DNA from: the human T2T-CHM13v2.0 reference genome, Homo sapiens
Direction: 5' to 3' (one strand)
Assembly: GCF_009914755.1 (NCBI RefSeq)
Contig: NC_060938.1
Length of the DNA stretch: 64,000 nucleotides
The notes below the pieces were generated by a model that saw only the letters and a program-made list of their open reading frames with translations, had not been told where the DNA came from and searched no databases. The position numbers and the translations under genes are program-made. How positions within the stretch are numbered: the stretch's first letter is position 1; the number at the start of each line of letters is the position of its first letter. This document shows positions 26,711 to 37,925 of the stretch, one piece after another.

Positions 26711-28301
26711 TACTCATCAGTGATACACACAGACCAGTTCCAGGTTGTCAAACTAGCCCTGGCGGCTAGCATCTTTGCCTAGAAGAAACCATAGCTCTAG
26801 GAGCTTTCCTCCTATCCTAGGCCTGCAACTGGGGAGAGCACAGTTCCAGTGCCTATTGCTGAGGTACTTTCCCTCCAGTCTGGCTGTGGAGGTCCCTATT
26901 TTTCTCCAGAACAAACAGTCCAGCCTCTGGCTCAAGACTAAAATGCTTGTATGGCCATGCTGCTGGGTCACCGGAGAATGGCTGACTCTGTATGTGCCCC
27001 AGTTATAAATGGTATCCTATCTCAGTCTCAGGTATGGGAAAATGCCTGCAGTTTTCCCCAGTGTCTTTCCCTCTCAGTGTCTCCAAGCCTCTCCCCAGAT
27101 TAGTTCCAGGGCTTGGAAGAAGCAAAGTGCTCTCCCTCAGTCTGGGTTGCTTGTATCCCCTGTGGAAAAGTGAGTCAGAGAGGGAGGCTCTTTGTCTCTG
27201 ACATGTACTGTTGTGTTAATTTTGACGCTATGTTTATAAGTGCATGCAAGTTATTGATTGTTATATCTACTTTTCAGGTTGTTCCTTTAAATGTCACCTA
27301 TAATACCACTTCCTTTTCATACTGTTTTTAACTGTGGTTTATTATTTCAAATTACAAATATTATCACATGGTTTATTTTGATTAATAAAGAAATAATAGA
27401 GCCTTTTTTAATCATTTAATTTTAGTCTTTTTCATAGTCTCTTTTTATACTTACCTTTTCTTGAAACTCCTTTAGTATTTTGACTGTATTAATTTCTATT
27501 AAATTATTTTCCTCTCTCCTGATTTAGAAGCTATACAATTTAGCTACATTTACTTATGGTAATATTTTTTAAAAGTATGCAGAGTTAACTATGAATTAAT
27601 GTTACATGTATCTACCTCTCTTCTGAATATAATAAGAAACTATGACAGGGCCTAACCTGTTATTGAACAAACTCATTCATTATGTTAATATTACTACTAG
27701 ATATTAAATTTCTATTTAAAGGTGTTTGCAATTTCTTAATTAGTTTTCTTATATTACAGTATACAGTTAATTAAATTTACTAATTTTTAATCAAATATCT
27801 TGGTTCCCTATTTTTGTTATCAGTTCTTACATTTAACAGCAATTATATTGAGTATCTCTAGTTGATAAAGTTCTTACTTTTGGATATGTTATGGGTCTTT
27901 TTTCATCCACATTGTATTGTTTTAAATATATATAAGTTATATAATGAAATGTGTACATTTTCAATTTGAGTTTGATCTTGCAAAATCTAAGATGCTTTAA
28001 AAGGCAATCTGTCTTGGTCTAAATGTCACAATCATAATATATGGCATAAAAGTCTAGAAATGGCTACAAAAATATTTTCTCAAGGATATACTGCTTATAT
28101 TCTATGGCAATGGCAATTCTGATTTGAGCTATGGATTATCAATTGTAAGAATCTCCAAAGGAGAATCTTTTGGCTGATTTAAATAAATCTAAAGAGTATA
28201 TGTATGAATATGAATGCAATATGTTTTCTACAGCAAATATCTAGAAAGTTTCTTGTTTTACCTCCAATATTGGATGGTAGTTTAGTTGAGTATTAAAATA
28301 T

Positions 28302-28304
<3 letters not shown>

Positions 28305-28342
<38 letters not shown>
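28305..28342. repeat. (AC)19 microsatellite
   Basis: Direct read. Confidence 0.99.
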
Positions 28343-28345
<3 letters not shown>

Positions 28346-28444
28346 AATTTGTAAGTTATTTCTCCTCAACCTGTTAAAGATTCTTTTTAATTGCCTTCTG
28401 GTTTAGTTCATTTTAAACTGCAATAAACTAATATTTTTTATAAA

Positions 28445-28575
28445 TAAATCTCAATTTCTAAGTAGTAGCACTAGTCATATGTTGAGTACCCAACAGCCAT
28501 ATGTGGTTAGTGACACTAGCAATGAAGACAAAACATGTTTGTTAGTGCAGAAAATGCTATTAGACAATGTTTCCC
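28445..28575. mobile_element. MER3/MER33-like hAT fragment
   Basis: CACTAGTCATATGTTGAGTACCCAACAGCCATATGTGGTTAGTGAC. Confidence 0.6.
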
Positions 28576-29029
28576 TGGAAGCATTTAATATTTTTGATTT
28601 ATTGTTGTTATTCTTTAGTTTCACTCTAAATATGTCTAGTGTGAACTTATCTTTGTCTCAGATTATCATGCAAAATGTTCTCAGTGATACATATCTTTAA
28701 TTCATGGAAATTCTTGGAGCTTTTTTCAAAGAACATATATAAAAATGTCTTCATTTTCCTTTTTTGAGAACTCCAATTAGATATATGTTTGAGCTACTAA
28801 GTCTAAACTTCATATTCTATAAATGGCCTTTTTTCCTCTTTGTCACTCAGTAGTGAAATTCACTTAAGTAGTCAGTCTTCAACTCTATTCAGTTTATAGT
28901 TTACACTTCATATAGATTTCCAAAATTTTAAAATGCTATACTTTCTATTTTTCAAGAATTATAATATTTTTCTCTCCTAATCTGTTTTATTTCTGCCTGC
29001 TTTGTTTTTAAATGTCTTGTTTTTGCTTA

Positions 29030-29372
29030 ATAAACTGTACCAGAATACCATACCCTGCATGGCTTATAAAAAACACAAATGTATTTCTCACAATTCTGAA
29101 GGCTGGGAAGTCTAGGATCAAGGCCCTTTAATGAGTGGTGAGGGCCCATATTCTGTTTTATAAATGACTGTCTTCCTGCTGTGTTCTTATATCAGGGAAG
29201 AGGCAAAGGGGCTGTCTAGTGTCTCTTTTATAAAAGCATTTATCTCATTCATGAGGGCTCCAACCTCATAGCTTAATTACCTCCCTAGTGTCCCACCTCT
29301 AAATGCCATCACATTGGGAATTAGGTTTAAATATATTAAATTTGGGGGTACATAAAAGTTTAGTCCATGGCA
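29030..29372 (-). mobile_element. MLT1A-like MaLR LTR
   Basis: ATTTCTCACAATTCTGAAGGCTGGGAAGTCTAGGATCAAGG...AGTCCATGGCA. Confidence 0.85.
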
Positions 29373-29574
29373 AGCATCCTAAGATTATAATTTTAAAGGC
29401 TTTGTCAGATTTTCAGAAAGGTAAATTTCACCAGAAGTTAACTGATTTTCCAACCTTTTACTTTCTCCCATGTCCTTGTTAAGATTACATGCATTTGTAG
29501 ATTCCACATATATTTTAGATGTTTGGGTTTCATTCATTTTATGTAGGATTCTAAAAAATTATTTGTGTTTTTTA

Positions 29575-29995
29575 TTAGAGTATTCAGCTATAACCACAAT
29601 CCTATTCAGTAATAAAATGCCACAAACCTCAGTGGCTTAAAATAACAATTATTCACGGATCTACAGGTCAGAAGTTGGGGATCCAGAATCTAAAACGTGT
29701 TTGGGCTTGGCCCTATGCTTACATTTTTCTCCATGTCTACCTCACATTTCTTTCCTTTTCCTTGGACCAGCAGGTAGGACCACACATGTCCTCATGGAAA
29801 TGATGGAAGCTCAAAGACAGTCCAACCTAACAAGAACAGTTCATACTCTATCTTATCTGCCAATATTTCATTGGCCTAAAGAAAATCACAAAGCCATGCC
29901 CTATATGTAGGTGGTGGGGAGGTGAGGAAATATATTTCTTAAATGTTGTGAGAAAGGTAGTAAATATTATTAAAGAATAATGTAGTCTGCCAGTT
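29575..29995 (-). mobile_element. Old MLT1 LTR
   Basis: CCACAAACCTCAGTGGCTTAAAATAACAA and TCATTGGCCTAAAGAAAATCAC. Confidence 0.6.
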
Positions 29996-31401
29996 CATTT
30001 GATTTCTATTTTTGTTTGTCTTTTCCTCTGGATCTGTAGTTTTGTGATTGCCTGATGCATTGGGCTCCCACTTCCTACTCAAGTTTTACAATGGCATTTT
30101 GGGGTTCCTGTTCTTGGTAGTATTGGTAATATTAGCAGAACCAGTCAGTGAGCCATTGAATGACTTGAATCAGTTTGTCATCCTGAGGCTCTGTCTTTCT
30201 CTTTCTGCCTCCCTAAGCCTAAAGCTTTCCATAAAGCCCTAACTATAAGCAGTAAGTCAGCAATTTCTTAGCCTCCTTTCATAAGCAGGAGTGCATTTCA
30301 GGCTCCAGAGTCTACTTACTCTGGCACATTTTGTACCTACTAAACTTCCAGCTGCTGCTGCCTTCATCTATACCAGAGGGCCTAGGATTCACCCTACTCA
30401 CCACTTTATATGTATTTGATACCGAATCGCTTATGACATTTTAAGGCAAGCTATGTATTTGCAGTTTTATCCTTATTATTTCCTCTAGTATTATTATGTG
30501 TCTAAAGAATGGGGGAGGGGAATTGTATTTATGATAAATTATGTTATCCTCATTGAAACTCCAACTTAAAAAGAAAACCCTAATCTTACTTGATTTACTA
30601 CTTATAGGTCTCCCTAGGACACAGATGATCAGTGTGAACGACAGGGTTACTAAGTAGAGAGAATCTGACACCACGATCCAAGTGTTCGGGCCAGGGAAAA
30701 TCTGATAAGTGTATGTTCCCTTATAATTTGACTTCATCACCAATACAATGCCAATCCTCCTAGTTGGCTTAATTTTCTATTCTCAATTGAAAAATATCCT
30801 GCAGTTAAGTGTAGTATTTCTCAAAATGTAATCTTTAATAATATTTAAAAATGTGTGACTTGATTTTAATAATAATCATAAAAGTTAAAATAAGCATACT
30901 CTAAATTATACAACTACTTACTTTATAATTAAATACTGCCATGTGATTCCAATGGACATGTTTGCATGTATGTGTACAATTGTATATGTTTGCCAAGAAA
31001 AGTCCAAATGAAGTTGGACTAAATTTCTAAAGTAATTTAGATAGAAGAATTTGTAGAATAATTGAAGTATTACAGGCATATAGTTTTGTCAACAAGCAAA
31101 GATCAAAAGGACCTGCACATAGGACAATTAATCTTATTCTTGTAATTACCAACAATTCATTAGCACTTAGAATAGGAGAACTACTACGTAAACGTATTTT
31201 TCATTTCTGTTTGATACTAGCAATAAATAAAGTAGTACTTTATCTAATGTTATTTTCAATAATGCCCAAAGATTACCATATCTTCACATGAATGAGAATG
31301 CTTTACAACATTATCAAGTGATACATCATCAAAACTACTATGCAAGAATCTCTCAAAGATGAATTTAAATGGTACTGAAATATCCCTCTTCCTATGCCTT
31401 C

Positions 31402-31817
31402 TGTCTCAGTCCATTTGTGTTGCTATAAAGGAATATCTAAGACTGAGTAATTTATAAAGAAAATAGGTTTATTTGGCTCATAATTCTGCAGGCTGTACAA
31501 GAAGCATGGTACCAGCATCTGAGGGCCTGAGAAAGCTTCCACTCACAGTGGAAGGGGAAGGAGAGCTGACAAGTAGAGATCACATGGCAAGAGAGGTAGC
31601 CAGAAAGACAGAAGTGGGAGGTGACAGGTTCTTTTTAACAACCAGCTCTCCTAGGAACTAGGAGTGAGAATTTACCCACCCTCCTGGCAGTAAGGGCATT
31701 AATCTTCTCATGAGGGATCCCCTCATGACCCAGACATCTTTCATTAGATCCTACCTCCAACATTGGGGATCCAATTTCAACATGAGGTTTGGGGGGGCAA
31801 ATATCCAAACTATAGCA
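31402..31817 (-). mobile_element. MSTB-like MaLR LTR
   Basis: TGTCTCAGTCCATTTGTGTTGCTATAAAGGAATA...ATCCAAACTATAGCA. Confidence 0.9.
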
Positions 31818-31829
31818 TGTTCCCACAAA

Positions 31830-32330
31830 AATGCATAAAGTCCAGATCATTGTACATATGGAGTTGACCAAAATCTACAAGAAAGAGATACTTCCTATCT
31901 TAAAATTGTCTAGACAATATAAGAAAGAAAGCACAAAAGTTATTAATGAGGTTAATATATCATTAATATTGAAACAAGAGAAGGAAGAACAACAGTACAG
32001 GAATAGGAAACAAAAAACCAATCTTATTCCTGAGTATAGATGCAAAAATCTCAAATAAATTATTAGCAAAGTAACTCTAATAAGAGATTGAAAGTTGATA
32101 GCATATATGCATATAACCTATATGCATACATACATATACTTTCCAACTTAAAAACAGTGAGTCATTTTTTTAACCTGATAAAAATATTTATCAAAACCTT
32201 AAAGCAAACTTTATACAAACTGATGAAGCATTAGAAGCATTCCCAGTAAAGTTGAACACAAGACAACTATATTCATTTCCACTACTAATATTCAAGAAAC
32301 TGATAAAATTAGAACTGTACAATGAAGATA
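31830..32330 (+). mobile_element. Old L1M ORF2 (RT) fragment
   Basis: ATAGATGCAAAAATCTCAAATAAATTATTAGCAAA; TAGAAGCATTCCCAGTAAAGTTGAACACAAGACAA. Confidence 0.75.
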
Positions 32331-34187
32331 AAATTTATATTATTAAATATAACATTACTGCTTTATATTCAATGAGACAAAAATATTTCTCTTTTAATTA
32401 CTGTTATTGATTTTATTTCTGTTTTGTACAATTTGTAAATTTTTTGCCTTATATGTGTATAAGTGTTTTACATATAAATAAGTTTGCCTATACCTACCTA
32501 ATCAATAATTATAAAAACTTAAGTAAATGCTAAGGATAAATAATTTTTCCCTTAAAAAATGTTAGTTTAATAATTAAGTTTAACAAACATCATTCTAGAG
32601 GGATCATATTTAGTGATATTCCCCAGACCCCTATTTTCTTCATATTCTATTCAATAATTGTATCAATGTTTAATATTCATGAATAATTTAGATGGAGACA
32701 TGACAATCATCTTGATCACATTTATGTATATTCTAAATTTGGTAGGGAGAGCTAAGGCTAAATGAAGAAATGAGAATTTAAAAAATCTCTTTTAGCTAGG
32801 ATTCTGAATTTGAATCTCCACAATGAAAATAACAAATGTAATTTTCAAATTCTCTGTTAAGGTTAAAATAACCTTAAAAATATAATACTTGGATTGAAAG
32901 CAGTTTCTGTGCAAAGGCTTTTAAATGAACTGAACATATGCTCAATAATATTCAATAAGAGTCTCAGCTTGTGAAGGACCCAAAAACCATATCACAAATA
33001 ACAGCTGATCATGTCTTAACCTGAGCAAGAAAACTTAGAAAGGGATAAGCTAGCTCTCGTCATATATTTAAAGAACCTCTTATGAAACAGGTTTTTAAAC
33101 AATGTTATAAATACCATTCACAAGAATAAATCATTGACTCATATGTCTTGAGGCTGGAGGAAATCATACTGAACCTCATGCATGCTAACCAATAAATTGG
33201 GTTTTCTTTTATATGCTCTATCAGAATGTGCTATAGATAGAAACTAGATCTACTGTTTTGACTGAATTGAAATATCAATTCATAAAATTTGAGAGTTTAA
33301 GACCTTATTAATTTTCACCACTTACAAGAATTCAGCAGCTATAATGAGACAATCCATCCAATTTTTGAAAACACTTATGAAAAAGGTATCCTTATCATTA
33401 AAGGGGGGAAAAAATACCTCAATGTAATAGTCAGTTAATTCAGATAATCAGATTATCAAATAGTAACTTATTAGTGTTTGATTTTGTGACTAGTCAGTTT
33501 GATTCACATGGATAAATTGCTTGGGACCTGTGAGAAAATGTTGTAGACAGCTGGCTGTGGAACTGTATTCCCTTAACCAAGAGATTCAGGGAACACTAGA
33601 CTAAGGAGGAGAAGATCACCTCTTTCTGAGGGTTGAAAGAGAAATACTTAGGGTATAACATTGCCAGGTTCAATGCAAATTTTGTAGCCAGAAAAAAGTA
33701 TGGCACAAATTGCATAATTTTTGTCAACTAGTCTCATGGCTGACACCGATCAAAACAAAGGAAAGAAGATATTTTGGGAAAGGAGGGGGTAGAGGAGTAC
33801 TCTCTAAATGTCTTATTCTCTAGATATTCAAGAGCAGAATAAAGCATTCCTTTCCTAACAAACAAACATTACTGTTCTTATAGCATGTTGTCTCTCAGAT
33901 TACTTAGAAAGTAAAGGCCACAGTTCAGGACCTGCACTTAACATTCTGTGACCAGTAAATGCAGTCATTTCAATATCCCATTTTTTTTCTAATGCAAGGT
34001 GGCTAAAAAGAAAGCATGCCATCAAGCCTGGAGCACACAATCTACCACCCTTCATTCTCATCCTATTAGCTAGATAATGATGTTTATTATGTTACTTTTA
34101 TGATCCTACATGCTTTATTATTCCCATTTCATCATATAAAATTGAGGCAATTACTGTGCTTACATTTTTATCTCATTTTTCTAGTTA

Positions 34188-34267
34188 TTAGGTTGGTGCA
34201 AAAGTAATTGTGGTTTTTGCCATTACTTTAAATGGCAAGAACAACAATTACTTTTGCACCAACCTAA
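34188..34267. mobile_element. MADE1 (Hsmar1 mariner MITE), full 80 bp
   Basis: TTAGGTTGGTGCAAAAGTAATTG...CAATTACTTTTGCACCAACCTAA with TA TSD on both sides. Confidence 0.97.
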
Positions 34268-36969
34268 TAGATATTATCAATGTTCCCATTGGGATAACAA
34301 CTAGATTTTGAAGCCTATTGAAGAATTTTGTCCTTTTCTGTGACCTGATTGGAAGATGGGAGATGAAAGGATGCTGATTTAAAAGAGAGCAATGCCCCTG
34401 GTATGCAAAAACAAGAAAGGGGTTAAAAGTACTTTTTGTTAAAAAAGAATTGTTCTGTTCTTGTGCTTGTCTTTACTGTCTAGCATGCTACACACAAAAT
34501 CTATATAAAACATAAAGTATCTTCAAAACACCAGTCTCCACAGCCCAGGTGACTCTTCATGCTATAAAAAAAACATGGCAGTTCTTAAAAAATTAGACTT
34601 TAATGGAAAATAAAATACTTCACTTTGCAATGCATGAGGTAGAGTGTAGATGGACTGAGTAAAGATGTAATAAATCTATGTAATTTGTTCTGCCCTTGGA
34701 AGAAAAGCTCTCTATTGAAAGTAGAAGATATTAAGTCCCTAATCTCAGAGAATCTTTGCTATTTTTCATCAAGAACAAACATATGTAAAGGACAAAGTAG
34801 GGTGCTTACATCAAGAGCTGGACTATTTGTTCCTTGTTAATTGTATTGCTCATTCCATCAGCATCATTAGGCACCTTTCAAAATGCTGTGGCTGAGCCTG
34901 CTTTAGTCTCACGATGACCGAAAGGAAAATATGGAGAGCAAAGGCCGAGGGAGAAGAATAGACTCGCTATGTCAAGCTGGAGAGAGAGAATGAGAATGAT
35001 ACCATGATTTCGAGATATTGAGCACTGATTATTTTTTAAATATTCCAGGTCATTTGGCAACACTTGTCCTAGCCCTACCAATTGGCTGCTGCTACCTTGC
35101 TTTTAGTAAATAGTAACTATATAGATGGAAGCCCTTAAAGAGAGATGCAATGGATCCCAGCGTATTGCACACCATGCAGAGCCTAACATCATAGGAGAGC
35201 ATTATGCTCCAAACAAAACATATTCCTGGACATGTCACTTTGCTTGTGGAGACTTGATTTTGTTATTTTTAATGGAGTGAAATTTTGATAATGAGGTTAC
35301 CTCTCTCATATTCATCTGCTTGCTATTTTCCTTTTGTTTTGAAGCTTTTAAGTGAACTTTTTATTTTTGTAGCATCTTATCAAAGTGGAAAATATGGCAG
35401 TGAAGGAGTCAGAAGATATGGGTCTGAATGGGGCAACATGCACCGAAATCTCCTCATGATGGAGAATTTCCCTCCCCTTTGAAGTTACTTCCCACTAATA
35501 AGAGAAAGTAGGATGTAAGGTTGTTGAAAAGTTGATTCACAAGAAAACTTTTTACTTTTGGTCACTATCACATGGGTCACATGAAGAAGTGGAAGAAGAA
35601 AGTTTGCATTCTCTGAGTGCCCTATAACTTCCACAGAACTGTTTTCCAAGTGTCTGTTATGTAAATAAACTCAAATTAACTAAGATGATCCAATGATGCA
35701 TATATCATAAACAGAAAGAGTACAGGAAAATGTCCCATTCTGTGCCCTGTGTTTCCCCATCTTGGAGGCCAAACGTTGCCCTTGAATGAGCACAGACACC
35801 TCATTTCTAAATGACTCACTGTCAGATGCTGGCTCCAAGTCTATTAGATTATCATCATGTCATCTTCGTTTTTGGCAGTGTTTGAAAGCACCTCTAGCAG
35901 CTTTATTTGAACACTGTTTTCATACCCCAAAGCTTGAATCTATAAAACAAACACACAAACATTTATAGACATCTTTATATCACTTCAAATTGTTGTGATT
36001 AGTGTACACACTTTGAATATTATTACTTAACCTCCAGCTGATGTTTAAAAAGTAACACTTTGGAACAAGCCATTCTCCAAATGTTCTATTAAGGATGCTG
36101 TTTATTTATATCAGTGTATAGAAAAGTACAGCTGTACAAAACATAAATCAATGTCAAAAGTAAAAGGCATTAAAATTCATAAGGTTCATTTTCCGACATC
36201 CAGAGCAAACTGTAGCTGAGAGTTTGTCACAGACTTAACATCAGCAATAAAATTATATAACTGCTGATGTCACATTCTTTGAGGTACACTCAAAGGCATC
36301 TAAAATTTTATAGCTTAGTTTTGCTTATTTTTAAAATGAACATATATTACTTTTAATTTTGTTTCTTATGATACCTAGAAGACCTGAATATAAAAACAGC
36401 ATCAGAGGAGAAATAATTTGCAGTCCACAGAGTTTTAACCAACATGAAAAAAATACATACATATGCATCCATTTTGCTATTGATCAGCAAACCACAGGAA
36501 TTAGTGTTGGTTTAACATCTATTAAGGGAAACAGTACTTTCTATAGCAGAATTAAGAAGGGTTATTACTGAGTAAGGAAGAACTAAAAATGAGTCATGCA
36601 GCTACTGACATACACTCACAGTTAGCTAATATTTTGTGTTGGCTTTCAGTTAGGAAAGCTAGTGCCGTTTGCCTCGTGATTTCTGAGATCTTGATTTCTT
36701 CTTAAATATTCATCTTATTTGGGAGGATATTTGTTTTTCCTGTTATCTGAAAATCTTATTTTTCCCTTAATGTTCAAATTTTCTTGAAGGCAAGGACCAT
36801 ATAGCTACATCTGCATGTTCCCAAGAACCTGGGATACACTTGTTATTGTTTTCTTTAGGGGTGGAATGGTGACATTTGAGCGAACACAGACTGAATAGCA
36901 GTGAGCTATTACTGTGGAGGTAGCCTAAGGTAGATCAGCACATTTTCGAGTTCAAAAAAAAGGAGTAAT

Positions 36970-37215
36970 AGCCACCACTGCTTACACTGTCACTGTCGAC
37001 CAAATACTGTTCTAAACAAGTTACTCATAGAAACTCTAACCCTCTTAGCAGTTTTACAAGGTAGGGACTATTATAATTCCCATTTTACAGAAGCAGAAAC
37101 GGAAGCACAAGGAGCTTTTGTAGCTTGTCCAAGCCGCACCAATGGTGTGTGGTACAGCTGGGATTTGAGCCAGACATTGTGGTTCAAGAGTTCATTCTCT
37201 TAAGCACCACTTTAT
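36970..37215 (-). mobile_element. MIR
   Basis: CCCATTTTACAGAAGCAGAAACGGAAGCAC...GCTGGGATTTGAGCC. Confidence 0.85.
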
Positions 37216-37689
37216 ATCACCTAGCTCAGAGATTCACAAGTGTCCAATATGAGGCAGGAATTAGGTATTTTGATCTCTAATGTCTTTTCCTGAGACAAAA
37301 ATGTAGCGTACATTTTGTAATATACTAAAAAGTATATGTTCTTGCACTGGAAAGAACTGTAGAATAATTTTTCCTTTGGAAGATGCATATACCATACCCA
37401 TTTCCCCTTCTCATGGGACTGTTAATGTTTTTGTGAGAGGTTTTATGTAAACACATTAGACACACACTTGAAAAGCTATGTTTATGTGGCAAAAACTTAG
37501 ACTTTATGTGTGAAATTACTAAGGACTCACAGAGAACCTGAATTCAAACGCCTTTTTTATGCACATAAGAGAGACAATAGAATTTTAGAGGAGAGGGAGG
37601 CAATTCACCCACAGTCATTACATAATTAGCCAAAGCAGGTTTCAGTTTTTTGTTTCCTCCATTTACTATGTAGCATTCACAACATACAG

Positions 37690-37925
37690 CTCTGCGATTA
37701 TTAATGTAGTCATAACGCTCCGTTTCTTATTCTCCTTGGCTCACATCTTCATAAAAATGACAACGAAGAAAGACTGCACAAAGCACGATTCCCTTGTACT
37801 AGGGCGCATCCTGCGGCTGCATCCTGCGCATGAGATGGACATGAAGGGAACTCAGCTCCACCAAGATCCGCCTGCATGACCAGACCCTGATGCGGGCATT
37901 AGAGACGCGCCCGTGGAATGCAGCC
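37690..37925. promoter_or_regulatory. CpG-retaining unique patch, candidate enhancer or weak promoter
   Basis: 13 CpG counted in 37695-37913; TGCGCATG, ATGCGGGC and GTGGAATG motifs. Confidence 0.45.
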
